Assembly: GCA_964574585.1 (NCBI GenBank)
Contig: CAZNOD010000001.1
Location: forward strand, 1-47,722
Origin: an uncultured Candidatus Saccharibacteria bacterium
GTDB taxonomy: Bacteria; Patescibacteriota; Saccharimonadia; Saccharimonadales; Saccharimonadaceae
Length of the DNA: 47,722 nt
Direction: 5' to 3'
Below, in pieces: positions 18,249-27,405 of the stretch. The position numbers and the translations under genes were made by a program. The first letter of the stretch is position 1. Each line of letters opens with the position of its first letter. The notes beneath the pieces are model-generated. The model was not told the DNA's origin. It saw only the letters and a list, made by a program, of their open reading frames with translations, and did no database searches.

Positions 18249-18257
18249 ATTGTAGCA
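18249..18257 (-). promoter_or_regulatory. Candidate extended -10 (TGCTACAAT) for rny, implying a leader of about 110 nt
   Basis: The reverse complement of attgtagca at 18249-18257 matches the TGnTAyAAT form seen at other starts in this window. Confidence 0.4.
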
Positions 18258-18291
18258 AAAGCTGTTGGTTGGCACAGCCCTAATTATTGAG

Positions 18292-18678
18292 CTACTTACG
18301 TGGCTTGGTGATATTAGCTTCAGAGCCATAAAATGGCATGACTATTTCGTCATTTTCTTGTCTGTTGAGGCGCTGCAGAGCATCGTCCTGCCAAGCCGAA
18401 CCGCGGCTAGCCACGATTGGCACTTCAAGACTACTAGCGAGCGTATTCATAACCGTTAGACCAATTCGTAAACCGGTGAAACTACCTGGACCATCCTTAA
18501 CAGCTAAACCGGTGATGTCGCTAAAATCCCAGTCGTGCTCGGTCAGACTACGCCTGATAAAGCCTAGCAATCCATTGGCTAACTGACGGTCAGCCTGCCA
18601 CTGATAATCGTAAGCCTGGTCACTATCGACTAGACTCAAGTAACACGTGGCTGTCGCCGTATCAAGTAAAACAATCAT
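18292..18678 (-). CDS. tsaB: Truncated-format TsaB (t6A biosynthesis, N-terminal domain only, 128 aa)
   Basis: MIVLLDTATATCYLSL and GPGSFTGLRIGLTVMNTLA are hallmark TsaB blocks. The ATG directly abuts the tsaE stop (TAGATG). Confidence 0.8.
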   Translation of the reverse strand: MIVLLDTATATCYLSLVDSDQAYDYQWQADRQLANGLLGFIRRSLTEHDWDFSDITGLAVKDGPGSFTGLRIGLTVMNTLASSLEVPIVASRGSAWQDDALQRLNRQENDEIVMPFYGSEANITKPRK

Positions 18679-19131
18679 CTATAGTTGCTCCATTAAGTGG
18701 TTAGCCTGCGCACCATGCGCTGTCAACTCAACCGACCGTGACTGTTCAGCCGTCGGCACAATCCGGACTGTCAGGTGATCAGCCGGCAAAACATCCTCAA
18801 CTATATCTGCCCACTCTAGGATAGTTATGCGCGAGCTATCAGCAATTGATTCAGCCAATTCGAGTCGCATAATACCAGGTTCATTGAGTCGATAGAAGTC
18901 GTAATGCGCCAACGTCAAACCATCACGCGCCGAGTACAAGCGGCTGATCGTGAAGGTCGGACTCTGGATTGGCTCGTCAATGGCTAAGCCGCGAGCAATA
19001 CCTTTTGTCAATGTAGTCTTGCCAGCACCTACATCGCCAACCAGCTGTAGGCAATGTCCACCCTCAAGTAAGCGACCTAATCGCTCACCAAAATCCTTCA
19101 TCTCAGCTTCACTGTCGACTGCAATTTTCAC
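18679..19131 (-). CDS. tsaE: tRNA t6A biosynthesis ATPase TsaE
   Basis: P-loop GDVGAGKTTLTKGIARGL plus PTFTI and YHFDFYRL-like (HYDFYRL) blocks. GTG start with TGCTATACT 7 nt upstream. Confidence 0.88.
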   Translation of the reverse strand: MKIAVDSEAEMKDFGERLGRLLEGGHCLQLVGDVGAGKTTLTKGIARGLAIDEPIQSPTFTISRLYSARDGLTLAHYDFYRLNEPGIMRLELAESIADSSRITILEWADIVEDVLPADHLTVRIVPTAEQSRSVELTAHGAQANHLMEQL

Positions 19132-19289
19132 TAGAGCCAGTATAGCACGAGGTAGGCCGAGAAATCTGCTTCGACATCCCTGGGCGACCGACGCTTAGAC
19201 CCACATAACGTAAGCAAGCGGTAAAAAATCGCTTTTTATGCTAACCATCAGGCTACATTTGTGGTCGGATTATTGCTATACTAAACGGC

Positions 19290-19715
19290 ATGAACGTCAG
19301 ACCAGCCGCACGAGACGACTTGCCAGCTATCGCTGCATTGATGGATGAATTTAAGCCAGCCGGCTACGATCAGCCAGCCTTTCAGAGAGCAGTCGAATTT
19401 ATTTTCAACGACGATCATCGCGACATCCTGGTAGTTGACGACTCGGGCGACATAGTTGGCATGGCTGTTGTTAATATCGTCCAGGAATTAGCGCTACGTG
19501 AAGTCAGAGTTGGCGACGTAGTGGTTTCAGCCAAGCATCGAGGTAAAGGCTATGGCTCGGTCCTAATGCAAGCTTGCGACAGTTGGGCTTTTGAGCGGGG
19601 TGCGGACAAGGTTGAGTTTACTAGCCGACCGAGTCGCGAAGCGGCCAACGCTCTCTACCAAAAACTCGGCTACGAAATTCGTCCGACCAACGTCTATCAG
19701 CGAAAGCGATCGTAG
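19290..19715 (+). CDS. GNAT-family N-acetyltransferase
   Basis: Acetyl-CoA binding block VVVSAKHRGKGYGSVLM (Q/R-x-x-G-x-G/A). Size is 141 aa. TATACT lies 7 nt upstream of the ATG. Confidence 0.85.
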   Translation: MNVRPAARDDLPAIAALMDEFKPAGYDQPAFQRAVEFIFNDDHRDILVVDDSGDIVGMAVVNIVQELALREVRVGDVVVSAKHRGKGYGSVLMQACDSWAFERGADKVEFTSRPSREAANALYQKLGYEIRPTNVYQRKRS

Positions 19716-19718
19716 GAT

Positions 19719-20864
19719 ATGGCCCGAGTCAAATTAGCCGAATATAGCGCCAAAAAACTATTGCTGCCCACCGACTATCAAGGTGTTAGTTTGCGGCTTG
19801 ATAGTCTAGATCAAGATATTAAAGCTCTCGATAGCGGCACAGAGTATGTCGTCAAGGTTGATCAAGGCATCAAAAAGCGCGGCAAACAAGGCCTAATCAA
19901 GCTCAACATACCAGCCAAACAGGTCAAACCTGCCGTCAAAGACCTCAGCCAACACGGTTATAGTCGCTTCATAGCCGAACCAATGCTCACCCATAGCGAC
20001 AACCAGGAGCATTACTTAAGTTTCGAGCGTACCCGCGATGGAATCGCGATCAGCTATTCACCTCATGGTGGTATTGACGTCGAGGATCATGTCGATGAAA
20101 TTAAGTCGTTTATATACCCCGATGACATTGACGGGCTGCCGCTTAGGCGAGACTTTATCGATCGTATTGTCACCACTATGAATCAGCAGCACTTTAGTTT
20201 CCTAGAAATTAACCCGCTAGTTATCAAAGACGACGAATACTACCTACTCGACGCTGCTGTCCTGGCCGATAGTGCCGCCTCGCACCTAGCCGACTGGGGC
20301 GATGATGATATCGTCGAAGCCACCGACAAACATCCCGCCGAGCTAGCTGTCGCTGATCTTCAAGCTAGTTCGCCAGCTTCATTTTCGCTACGTGTTTTGG
20401 AGCCAAATGGCGCCCTCTGGTTGCTGCTAAGTGGTGGTGGCGCCAGTATTACCCTAGCCGATGAGGCCGCCGACCACGGTAAAATTGAGGCGGTGGGTAA
20501 CTATGGCGAATATAGCGGTGGCCCAACCACTCAAGAAACCTACCTATACGCTCAGCAGGTTATCAGCTGTCTACTCAAGTCAACTGCTCCAAAAAAATCC
20601 CTCGTGATAGCTGGTGGTGTTGCCAACTTCACCGATGTGCGTAAAACTTTTTCTGGTATCATACGGGCGCTCGATGAGGTTTTGCCGCAGCTACAGGCAC
20701 AGTCAATCAAGGTATTTGTGCGCCGCGGTGGTCCACATGAAAGCGAAGGCTTAAAGATTATGAAGGACTATCTCAGCCAGCACGGCCTGCTCGGTAGCGT
20801 CCACGGTTCAGATGAGGTATTGACGATAGTTATAAACGAAGCACTGGAGTATATCGATGCATGA
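19719..20864 (+). CDS. aclB: ATP-citrate lyase beta-like subunit (ATP-grasp, SCS-beta-like)
   Basis: N-terminal VKLAEYSAKKLL and YVVKVDQGIKKRGKQGLIKLN blocks resemble ACL rather than generic SucC. It overlaps the next gene by 8 nt. Confidence 0.75.
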   Translation: MARVKLAEYSAKKLLLPTDYQGVSLRLDSLDQDIKALDSGTEYVVKVDQGIKKRGKQGLIKLNIPAKQVKPAVKDLSQHGYSRFIAEPMLTHSDNQEHYLSFERTRDGIAISYSPHGGIDVEDHVDEIKSFIYPDDIDGLPLRRDFIDRIVTTMNQQHFSFLEINPLVIKDDEYYLLDAAVLADSAASHLADWGDDDIVEATDKHPAELAVADLQASSPASFSLRVLEPNGALWLLLSGGGASITLADEAADHGKIEAVGNYGEYSGGPTTQETYLYAQQVISCLLKSTAPKKSLVIAGGVANFTDVRKTFSGIIRALDEVLPQLQAQSIKVFVRRGGPHESEGLKIMKDYLSQHGLLGSVHGSDEVLTIVINEALEYIDA

Positions 20865-22623
20865 CATTCAGGCAATCCGCGATCAATTCGACAACACGAT
20901 CTTAGCCCTCGGCAACTATCGGCCGGGTTATCAAGCTATTCTTGACTTTGACTACTTGTGTGGCCGGCAAACACCATCAATTGTTGGCATCATCACCGGT
21001 CAAGGGCGATATCAAAAGTACTTCTGGGGTCAATCTGAGATATTAATTCCCTGCTTCCCGTCTATCGCCACTGCTAAGAGCCAGCTTGCCAACATTGATT
21101 GGATGCTCAACATCAACTCCGGTCGTCGCGCAGCTCAGTCAACCAAAGACTTCTTTGCGGCTTATCCTGAAGCTCAAGGCGGCCATATTTTTGCTGAAGA
21201 TGTACCAGAAGCCGCTGCGATTGATTTATACGAAACTTATCAAAAAGCCGGTAAGACATTGATTGGCCCGGCTGGTGTTGGTCTATTGGTGCCAGGCAGT
21301 TTGAAGCTAGGCGTAATTGGCGGTGTCGATTGGCGACAGCTAGCCACCAACCGCCTGACAACACCCGGCAATGTTGCTATCCTGTCGGCCTCTGGCGGCA
21401 TGATCAATGAACTAATCACTGTCACCACACGTTCACGAGCCCTCAGTTTTGCGCTTTGCTTTGGTGGCGACCGATTCCCGCTGACCAGTCCACGCGATGC
21501 TTTTTTAGCAGCTGAAGCCGACCCAGCAACTACCCACATCGTCTATTACGGAGAGTTGGGTGGTCAGGATGAGTACGAAGTAGTCGAACTGATTAAAAGT
21601 GGTCAAGTTAGCAAGCCAATCATTGCTCATATCAGCGGCGTGATCGCCGAGTCGTTTGACCGTCCAGTTCAGTTTGGCCACGCCAAAGCTCTAGCTTCGA
21701 GTCATGATGAAACCGCTACAGTAAAACGACAGGCTCTCAAAGCAGTTGGCGTCACTGTCGTTGGATCAATCAGTCAGCTAACTGATGCTATTGACCAAAT
21801 ACCATCGACGCCAGCACCGAGCGACCTGCCGACAATTGGACCGCGACATTCGACTCGTTTTAGCTCAACCATATCTAGAGAGTCAGACGAGGGCTATCAG
21901 TTTGTCGGTAAATCACTACCCGACTGGGCTGCTGATGGTGATATCGCGCAGCAAATCAGTGCCGCCCTGCTCGGTCGTCAGCCAAATAGCCACCTGACAA
22001 CCGACTTTATCCGTGCGGTTTTTCTACTGTCGGTTGATCATGGGCCACAAGTATCAGGAGCACTCAATACAATCGTCACCGCACGTGCTGGCAAAGGTCT
22101 AGTCGACTCGCTGGCTAGCGGACTGCTGACTATTGGACCTCGTTTTGGTGGCGCAGTTACCGATGCGGCTGCGACTTGGTTTCAAGCTGTCCAGCAAGCT
22201 ACACCACCTGCTGAACTCATCGAATCATACGCTCGTCGACATCAACGGATCGGCGGTATCGGTCACAAAAAATATCGTCTTGGCCTACCCGACCCGCGTA
22301 CCAAGGTCTTAGCCGAGTACCATGACCAACTGAAGTCGAGTCGCTACTACGACTACGCCCTTCAGGTTGAAAAGCTAACGACGGCTAAAAATGGCTCGCT
22401 GATTCTGAACGTTGACGGCACAATTGCTGCCTTGATGCTTGATATTCTCGAGCAAGCCGAAGACTTGTCGAGTCGGGAAATCGAGCTACTAATCGAGGCT
22501 GACTTTTTCAACGCGTTATTCGTTATTCCACGCAGTGTTGGCTTCATCGCCCACTACTTAGATCAGAAGCGGCTCGATGAAGGTCTTTATCGATTAGCCG
22601 ATGAAGATATTTATTTAGCTTGA
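20857..22623 (+). CDS. aclA: ATP-citrate lyase alpha-like subunit (CoA-ligase domain fused to a citrate-synthase-like/citryl-CoA lyase domain)
   Basis: PGNVAILSASGGMINEL, phospho-His loop QFGHAKA, then VDHGPQVSGALNTIVTARAGKGLVDSLASGLLTIGPRFGGA, LILNVDG and GFIAHYLDQKRLDEGLYR. Confidence 0.75.
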   Translation: MHDIQAIRDQFDNTILALGNYRPGYQAILDFDYLCGRQTPSIVGIITGQGRYQKYFWGQSEILIPCFPSIATAKSQLANIDWMLNINSGRRAAQSTKDFFAAYPEAQGGHIFAEDVPEAAAIDLYETYQKAGKTLIGPAGVGLLVPGSLKLGVIGGVDWRQLATNRLTTPGNVAILSASGGMINELITVTTRSRALSFALCFGGDRFPLTSPRDAFLAAEADPATTHIVYYGELGGQDEYEVVELIKSGQVSKPIIAHISGVIAESFDRPVQFGHAKALASSHDETATVKRQALKAVGVTVVGSISQLTDAIDQIPSTPAPSDLPTIGPRHSTRFSSTISRESDEGYQFVGKSLPDWAADGDIAQQISAALLGRQPNSHLTTDFIRAVFLLSVDHGPQVSGALNTIVTARAGKGLVDSLASGLLTIGPRFGGAVTDAAATWFQAVQQATPPAELIESYARRHQRIGGIGHKKYRLGLPDPRTKVLAEYHDQLKSSRYYDYALQVEKLTTAKNGSLILNVDGTIAALMLDILEQAEDLSSREIELLIEADFFNALFVIPRSVGFIAHYLDQKRLDEGLYRLADEDIYLA

Positions 22624-22712
22624 TACTTACTCACGGATTTAACCCTTACTAGCTTCGCAGATATACTAGCAATTTCTGACAGCGCCTCGTGCTATAATAA
22701 TCCATAAGCACT

Positions 22713-24494
22713 ATGCATATTTCAGATGAAACAGTTGTCCAGTTGCTCCGAAAAGCAAACATAGCTAATGATGAGCAGATAGCCCCCCTGCAAGAGCAGG
22801 CTATTAAGGCTGATAAGCCACTGAAAAATATTGTTCTTGACGCCAAACTGACCGACGAAGTGACTTTAACAAAACTGTTTGCTGAAATGGCTGGTATCCG
22901 CTTCGTACAGCTGGTGCCTCAAGATATTCCTCGCGAGGCACTCAACCGTATACCAGAACGAATTGCCCGTCAGTACAATGCAGTTGTCTTCAAGGTCGAT
23001 GAGGCTGGTATTGTCCATTTGGCCATGGATGACCCTGATGACGTCCAAGCAATCAGCTTTATCGAAAAAGAAATCGGCAACGATGCCGAAATCTATATCG
23101 CCACCAGATCCAACATAATCGAGTGTCTCGATATGTATCGTGGCGACGTCAACGAAGAGCTCAATGAAGTCATCAACATCCAGCGCGAAGACGATACGCA
23201 ATCCCAAACGGTCAACGAAGCAGATCTAGCCGAAGACTCGCCAATTGCACAGACTGTTAACTTGCTCCTCGAGTACGCCATCCGCTCCGAAGCTAGTGAC
23301 ATCCACATCGAGCCCCGAGAGGACTACATCCAGGTACGTTACCGAATTGACGGTGTACTAAAAGAGGTTAACCGCTTGCCACGCAATGTGCTTGGCGCCC
23401 TGGTTAGTCGATTAAAAATCTTGGCCATGCTCAAGATTGACGAACGTCGAGTGCCGCAGGATGGTCGCTTCAAAATCAAAATCTCCAGCAAGCAGTACGC
23501 ACTACGTGTTAGCACGCTACCAATCACCGATGGCGAGAAGGTTGTTATGCGTATTCTCGATGAATCGAATCAAGCGATTACCCTCAAGGAGCTCGGCTAT
23601 TGGGGTAAATCACTCGCGACAATCAACGAAGCAATTACCCAGCCAAACGGTATGATTCTTGTCACCGGTCCGACAGGATCTGGTAAGTCGACTAGTCTGT
23701 TTAGCATTCTATCCAAGCTCAATACCCCAGATGTCAACATATCGACTATCGAGGACCCGGTTGAGTATAAGATACCTGGCGTCAATCAAACTCAGGTCAA
23801 TTCCAAAGCTGGTATGACCTTTGCTTCAGGTTTGCGCGCCTTGCTACGTCAAGACCCAAATATCATCATGGTTGGTGAGATTCGTGACGGTGAAACCGCC
23901 AACCTGGGCGTCCAAGCAGCCTTGACTGGTCACTTGGTCTTCTCGACCCTACACACCAACAACGCCGCCACTACCCTACCACGTCTACTCGACATGGATA
24001 TTGAGCCATTTCTGATTGCTAGCACGGTCAAAGCAGTGGTCGGACAGCGACTAGTCCGTCGTTTATGTACAAACTGTCGGGTATCTTATCAACCCGCCGA
24101 AGAAGAGGTAGCGGCCATCGTCAAACTGTTCAATTTCAAAGGTGATGATATTTTCGCTCAAATCAACAAGCTAGAGCAAGAGTCGATTGAGCAGGAAGTT
24201 GGCGGCGACACACCGGCCAGCACCGACTCCAGTGCTATCAAAACACTATACAAAGCTTCCGAGTCTGGCTGCAAAGAGTGTCACGAAACTGGCTTCAAGG
24301 GGCGAATCGGTATCTACGAGGTTCTCGGCAATTCAGTGCCAATTCAAAAATTAATCATTAGTAACGCTACCAGCAACCAGATACAAGATCAAGCCATGTC
24401 AGAAGGTATGATAACCATGCAAACTGATGGTCTAGTCAAAGCCTTGCGTGGTAATACCACAGTCGAGGAAGTCCTAAGAGCTACTCGAGAATAG
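22713..24494 (+). CDS. pilB: Type IV pilus assembly ATPase PilB (GspE family)
   Basis: T2SSE N-domain, Walker A GPTGSGKST, Asp/His boxes, and tetracysteine CTNC...CKEC. Confidence 0.92.
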   Translation: MHISDETVVQLLRKANIANDEQIAPLQEQAIKADKPLKNIVLDAKLTDEVTLTKLFAEMAGIRFVQLVPQDIPREALNRIPERIARQYNAVVFKVDEAGIVHLAMDDPDDVQAISFIEKEIGNDAEIYIATRSNIIECLDMYRGDVNEELNEVINIQREDDTQSQTVNEADLAEDSPIAQTVNLLLEYAIRSEASDIHIEPREDYIQVRYRIDGVLKEVNRLPRNVLGALVSRLKILAMLKIDERRVPQDGRFKIKISSKQYALRVSTLPITDGEKVVMRILDESNQAITLKELGYWGKSLATINEAITQPNGMILVTGPTGSGKSTSLFSILSKLNTPDVNISTIEDPVEYKIPGVNQTQVNSKAGMTFASGLRALLRQDPNIIMVGEIRDGETANLGVQAALTGHLVFSTLHTNNAATTLPRLLDMDIEPFLIASTVKAVVGQRLVRRLCTNCRVSYQPAEEEVAAIVKLFNFKGDDIFAQINKLEQESIEQEVGGDTPASTDSSAIKTLYKASESGCKECHETGFKGRIGIYEVLGNSVPIQKLIISNATSNQIQDQAMSEGMITMQTDGLVKALRGNTTVEEVLRATRE

Positions 24495-24495
24495 T

Positions 24496-25725
24496 ATGAC
24501 AAAGTACGACTACGTAGTAACTACCAAAGACGGCACCGTCCAAAAGGGCTCGATCGAAGCTGCTGATCGCGCTGGAGCAATTAACACGCTACTCGAGAAG
24601 GGCTGGCGGCCGCTCAGTGTCGTTGACGCTAGCCGCAAGCCCGGCGATATACCCCTACCTAGTTTTCTGCAAAATCAAAAGGTTAAGTCCGACGACCTGG
24701 TGATGTTTACGCGCCAGTTAAGCGCTATGATTGGCGCTGGCGTACCACTACTACGTGCCCTTAGCTCACTCGAGGAAAACAGTGAAAGCAAGGCTTTGCA
24801 GGCGGTTGTCGCCGATATATTTAAGGACGTCCAAAGCGGTACATCTCTAGCCGACTCACTTCAAAAACACCCCAAAGTATTCAGCGACGTTTACGTAAAC
24901 ATGGTTCGAGCCGGTGAAGCTGCTGGTATTTTGGATGACATCCTTAAACGTCTTGCTCTGCAGCAGGAAAAAAACGCCACCATCCGCAAAAAAATCAAAA
25001 GCGCCATGACCTACCCAATGGTCCTGGTCGTGATTACAATTGGTGCTTTTTTTGGCCTGATGCTATTTGTTATCCCTCAAATTGGTAAAATCCTACAAGA
25101 CCTGGGTGGCCCCGATGCCGAACTTCCGTTACTGACGAAGGCCATGCTGGGTATTAGTGGGGTGATTACTTCATATTGGTATATCGTTTTGCCGATATTA
25201 GCTGGTATAGTTTTTGCGGTTATACGCTACATCAAAACACCGGCTGGTCGAGCCGTCTTTCATCGATTAGTCCTCAAAATGCCTGGCATCAAAACTATCG
25301 TTATGAAAGTCGCGGTAGCTCGCTTCGCCCGAACCTTCTCAGCGCTGATGGGCGCTGGTGTAGCGGTACTAGAGGCTCTCGATGTCACCGCTCACGCACT
25401 CGGCAATGTCGTTTACGAGCAGGCCTTGCTAGATGCGGCCAAAGCAGTCGAGAATGGTGACACATTGTCATCGGTTATCGCTGGCTATGATATATTCCCA
25501 GCAATTGTCTCCCAGATGCTAGCCGTCGGTGAGGAAACCGGCCAAACCGATACCGTCCTTGTCAAAGTCGCCGATTTTTACGAGGAGGAAGTTGACGTAG
25601 CTATCGAGGGCTTGAGTTCGATTATCGAACCAGTGATGATTGTCTTCATGGGTGGTATGGTTGGCGTTATCGCCGCTAGTGTCATGCAGCCAATCGCTAG
25701 CCTCTCCTCAAGCATCGAAGGTTAA
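24496..25725 (+). CDS. pilC: Type IV pilus platform protein PilC (GspF family)
   Basis: Two T2SSF repeats (FTRQLSAMIGAGVPLLRAL and FARTFSALMGAGVAVLEAL). It starts 1 nt after the pilB stop. Confidence 0.92.
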   Translation: MTKYDYVVTTKDGTVQKGSIEAADRAGAINTLLEKGWRPLSVVDASRKPGDIPLPSFLQNQKVKSDDLVMFTRQLSAMIGAGVPLLRALSSLEENSESKALQAVVADIFKDVQSGTSLADSLQKHPKVFSDVYVNMVRAGEAAGILDDILKRLALQQEKNATIRKKIKSAMTYPMVLVVITIGAFFGLMLFVIPQIGKILQDLGGPDAELPLLTKAMLGISGVITSYWYIVLPILAGIVFAVIRYIKTPAGRAVFHRLVLKMPGIKTIVMKVAVARFARTFSALMGAGVAVLEALDVTAHALGNVVYEQALLDAAKAVENGDTLSSVIAGYDIFPAIVSQMLAVGEETGQTDTVLVKVADFYEEEVDVAIEGLSSIIEPVMIVFMGGMVGVIAASVMQPIASLSSSIEG

Positions 25726-25783
25726 AAAAGCTATCAGTTCTGCCCCATATTTGCTATACTAAACATAATCAGAATGTGGGCAT

Positions 25784-26854
25784 ATGACTAAAGTACAGCT
25801 ATTTTTCAAAGACAAACACACCATCGGCCTGGATATCAGTCAAACTGGACTGAAAATTATGTCAGTTGATCCAAAAAAGTGGTCGGTTCAAGGCTATGGC
25901 TCAATTGATCTCGATCCTGCCAAAATGCAAGAGGCCCTCGAGTCAAAAGATGACGAGTTTGATTACCTATCTGAAAATCTGTCCAAAATGCTCAAAGAAA
26001 ACCTTGTCGGCAGCTTACCGAGCAACCATGTAGTGATCGGTGTACCAACAGCCCGCAGTTTTTCGCGTACTTTTTCACTACCAGCAAATATGGAAAAGAA
26101 TCTAGCCGAAGCTGTCGAGATCGAAGCCACCCAGTATATACCAATCCCAACCTCATCTCTTTATATCGACTACGAAGTTATCGAACGCAACAAGGACACC
26201 ATTCAAGTAATCATGTCAGCTGTACCACGCAACATAATTGACGCTTGTTTACGCGCCGCCAAGGCTGCCAACTTGCGTCCAGTCATGGTTGAACCAAGTA
26301 TCAACGCGGTTGCTCGATTACTAGTTGCGACAGAAGAAGGCCACTTATCGACTCTGATTGTTGATATCGGCCAAGCCAATACCGATATTGCCGTACTAGA
26401 CAAGGAGGCAATTCGTGTCAGTGGTGGCGTCAGCGTTGGTGGCAACACCTTTACGCTCGATATTGCTCGCAAGCTCAATACTTCTCTAGAAAATGCCCAC
26501 CAGTTACGCGTCCTAAACGGTCTAGCTTCTGGACCGCGACAAGCCAAGATTACTGCCGCCCTCACACCTAGCTTGTCGCGTATTAGTACCGAGATACGCA
26601 AGGTAATTCGCTACTACAATGAACGTTTAGAGGGTGCCGAAAAAATCGAACAAGTCTTGATTGTGGGCGCCGGCAGCAACGTACCAGGTATAGGTGACTA
26701 CTTCACTAATGAGCTAATTATGCCAGCTCGTGTCGCTAGTCCTTGGCAAAAGCTCGATTTTGCCGACTTGACTCCACCCAATAAGCAGTTTCGGCCGCGT
26801 TACTTGACGGTTGCTGGCCTAGCTAGCGTCGACGAGGGGGATATCATCAGATGA
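25784..26854 (+). CDS. pilM: Type IV pilus assembly protein PilM (actin-like ATPase fold)
   Basis: IGLDISQTGLKIMSV start, 356 aa, position upstream of pilN with an ATGA overlap. Confidence 0.88.
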   Translation: MTKVQLFFKDKHTIGLDISQTGLKIMSVDPKKWSVQGYGSIDLDPAKMQEALESKDDEFDYLSENLSKMLKENLVGSLPSNHVVIGVPTARSFSRTFSLPANMEKNLAEAVEIEATQYIPIPTSSLYIDYEVIERNKDTIQVIMSAVPRNIIDACLRAAKAANLRPVMVEPSINAVARLLVATEEGHLSTLIVDIGQANTDIAVLDKEAIRVSGGVSVGGNTFTLDIARKLNTSLENAHQLRVLNGLASGPRQAKITAALTPSLSRISTEIRKVIRYYNERLEGAEKIEQVLIVGAGSNVPGIGDYFTNELIMPARVASPWQKLDFADLTPPNKQFRPRYLTVAGLASVDEGDIIR

Positions 26855-27405
26855 TAAACCTGCTGCCAGTCCAAGACAAAAAAGAGATTTTAGCGGGTCG
26901 CACCAATCGGTTGCTTGTCCGTTACCTGCTGCTTTTTCTCGCCTTGGGTGTATTCATGATCTTGGCATTAGTGGCTGTTTACTTCTACCTTGGCAATGTA
27001 AAGAGTGTCGCTGAAAGCAATATTGCCAGCAATGATGCTGATAGTCGAGAGCTGATGGCAAAGCAACAAGAGGTCAATAGCTTCAAATCCGACCTAGCTA
27101 CCGCTAGACAAATTCTCGACAAGCAAGTCAACTACTCATCGATTATTCTCAAAGTGGCCGGCTCGATACCACCTGGTATCATCATCGAGAATCTGAGTCT
27201 CGACCCAGAAACCATCGGCACGCCAACCAAGCTCAACGCACGCGCCAAGTCAGAGCAGGCCGCTATCCGCCTCAAAGATTCACTCAACCGCTCAGCATAC
27301 TTTAGCGATGCCTATTTCGATAGCATCAGCCACAATAGCGAAGCTCAGTACCCTTATACTGTCACGATGAGTGTGACCTTTAACAAGGAGTTGCTCGATG
27401 ACTAA
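26851..27405 (+). CDS. pilN: Type IV pilus assembly protein PilN
   Basis: Hallmark MINLLP N-terminus, single TM, position. Confidence 0.8.
   Translation: MINLLPVQDKKEILAGRTNRLLVRYLLLFLALGVFMILALVAVYFYLGNVKSVAESNIASNDADSRELMAKQQEVNSFKSDLATARQILDKQVNYSSIILKVAGSIPPGIIIENLSLDPETIGTPTKLNARAKSEQAAIRLKDSLNRSAYFSDAYFDSISHNSEAQYPYTVTMSVTFNKELLDD

Noticed and set aside
19255-19263. CATTTGTGG 9-mer shared with the right arm of the 32-bp palindrome at 44467-44498
   Set aside because: A single 9-nt match in about 95 kb of two-strand sequence is within chance expectation. The flanks do not extend the similarity.
19145-19276. 132-nt unassigned spacer between the divergent tsaE and GNAT promoters as a possible small RNA
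   Set aside because: It contains only weak 5-bp stems (GCTTA...TAAGC and AAGCG...CGCTT followed by TTTTAT). It has no convincing promoter of its own. That is not enough to call a feature without expression or conservation data.
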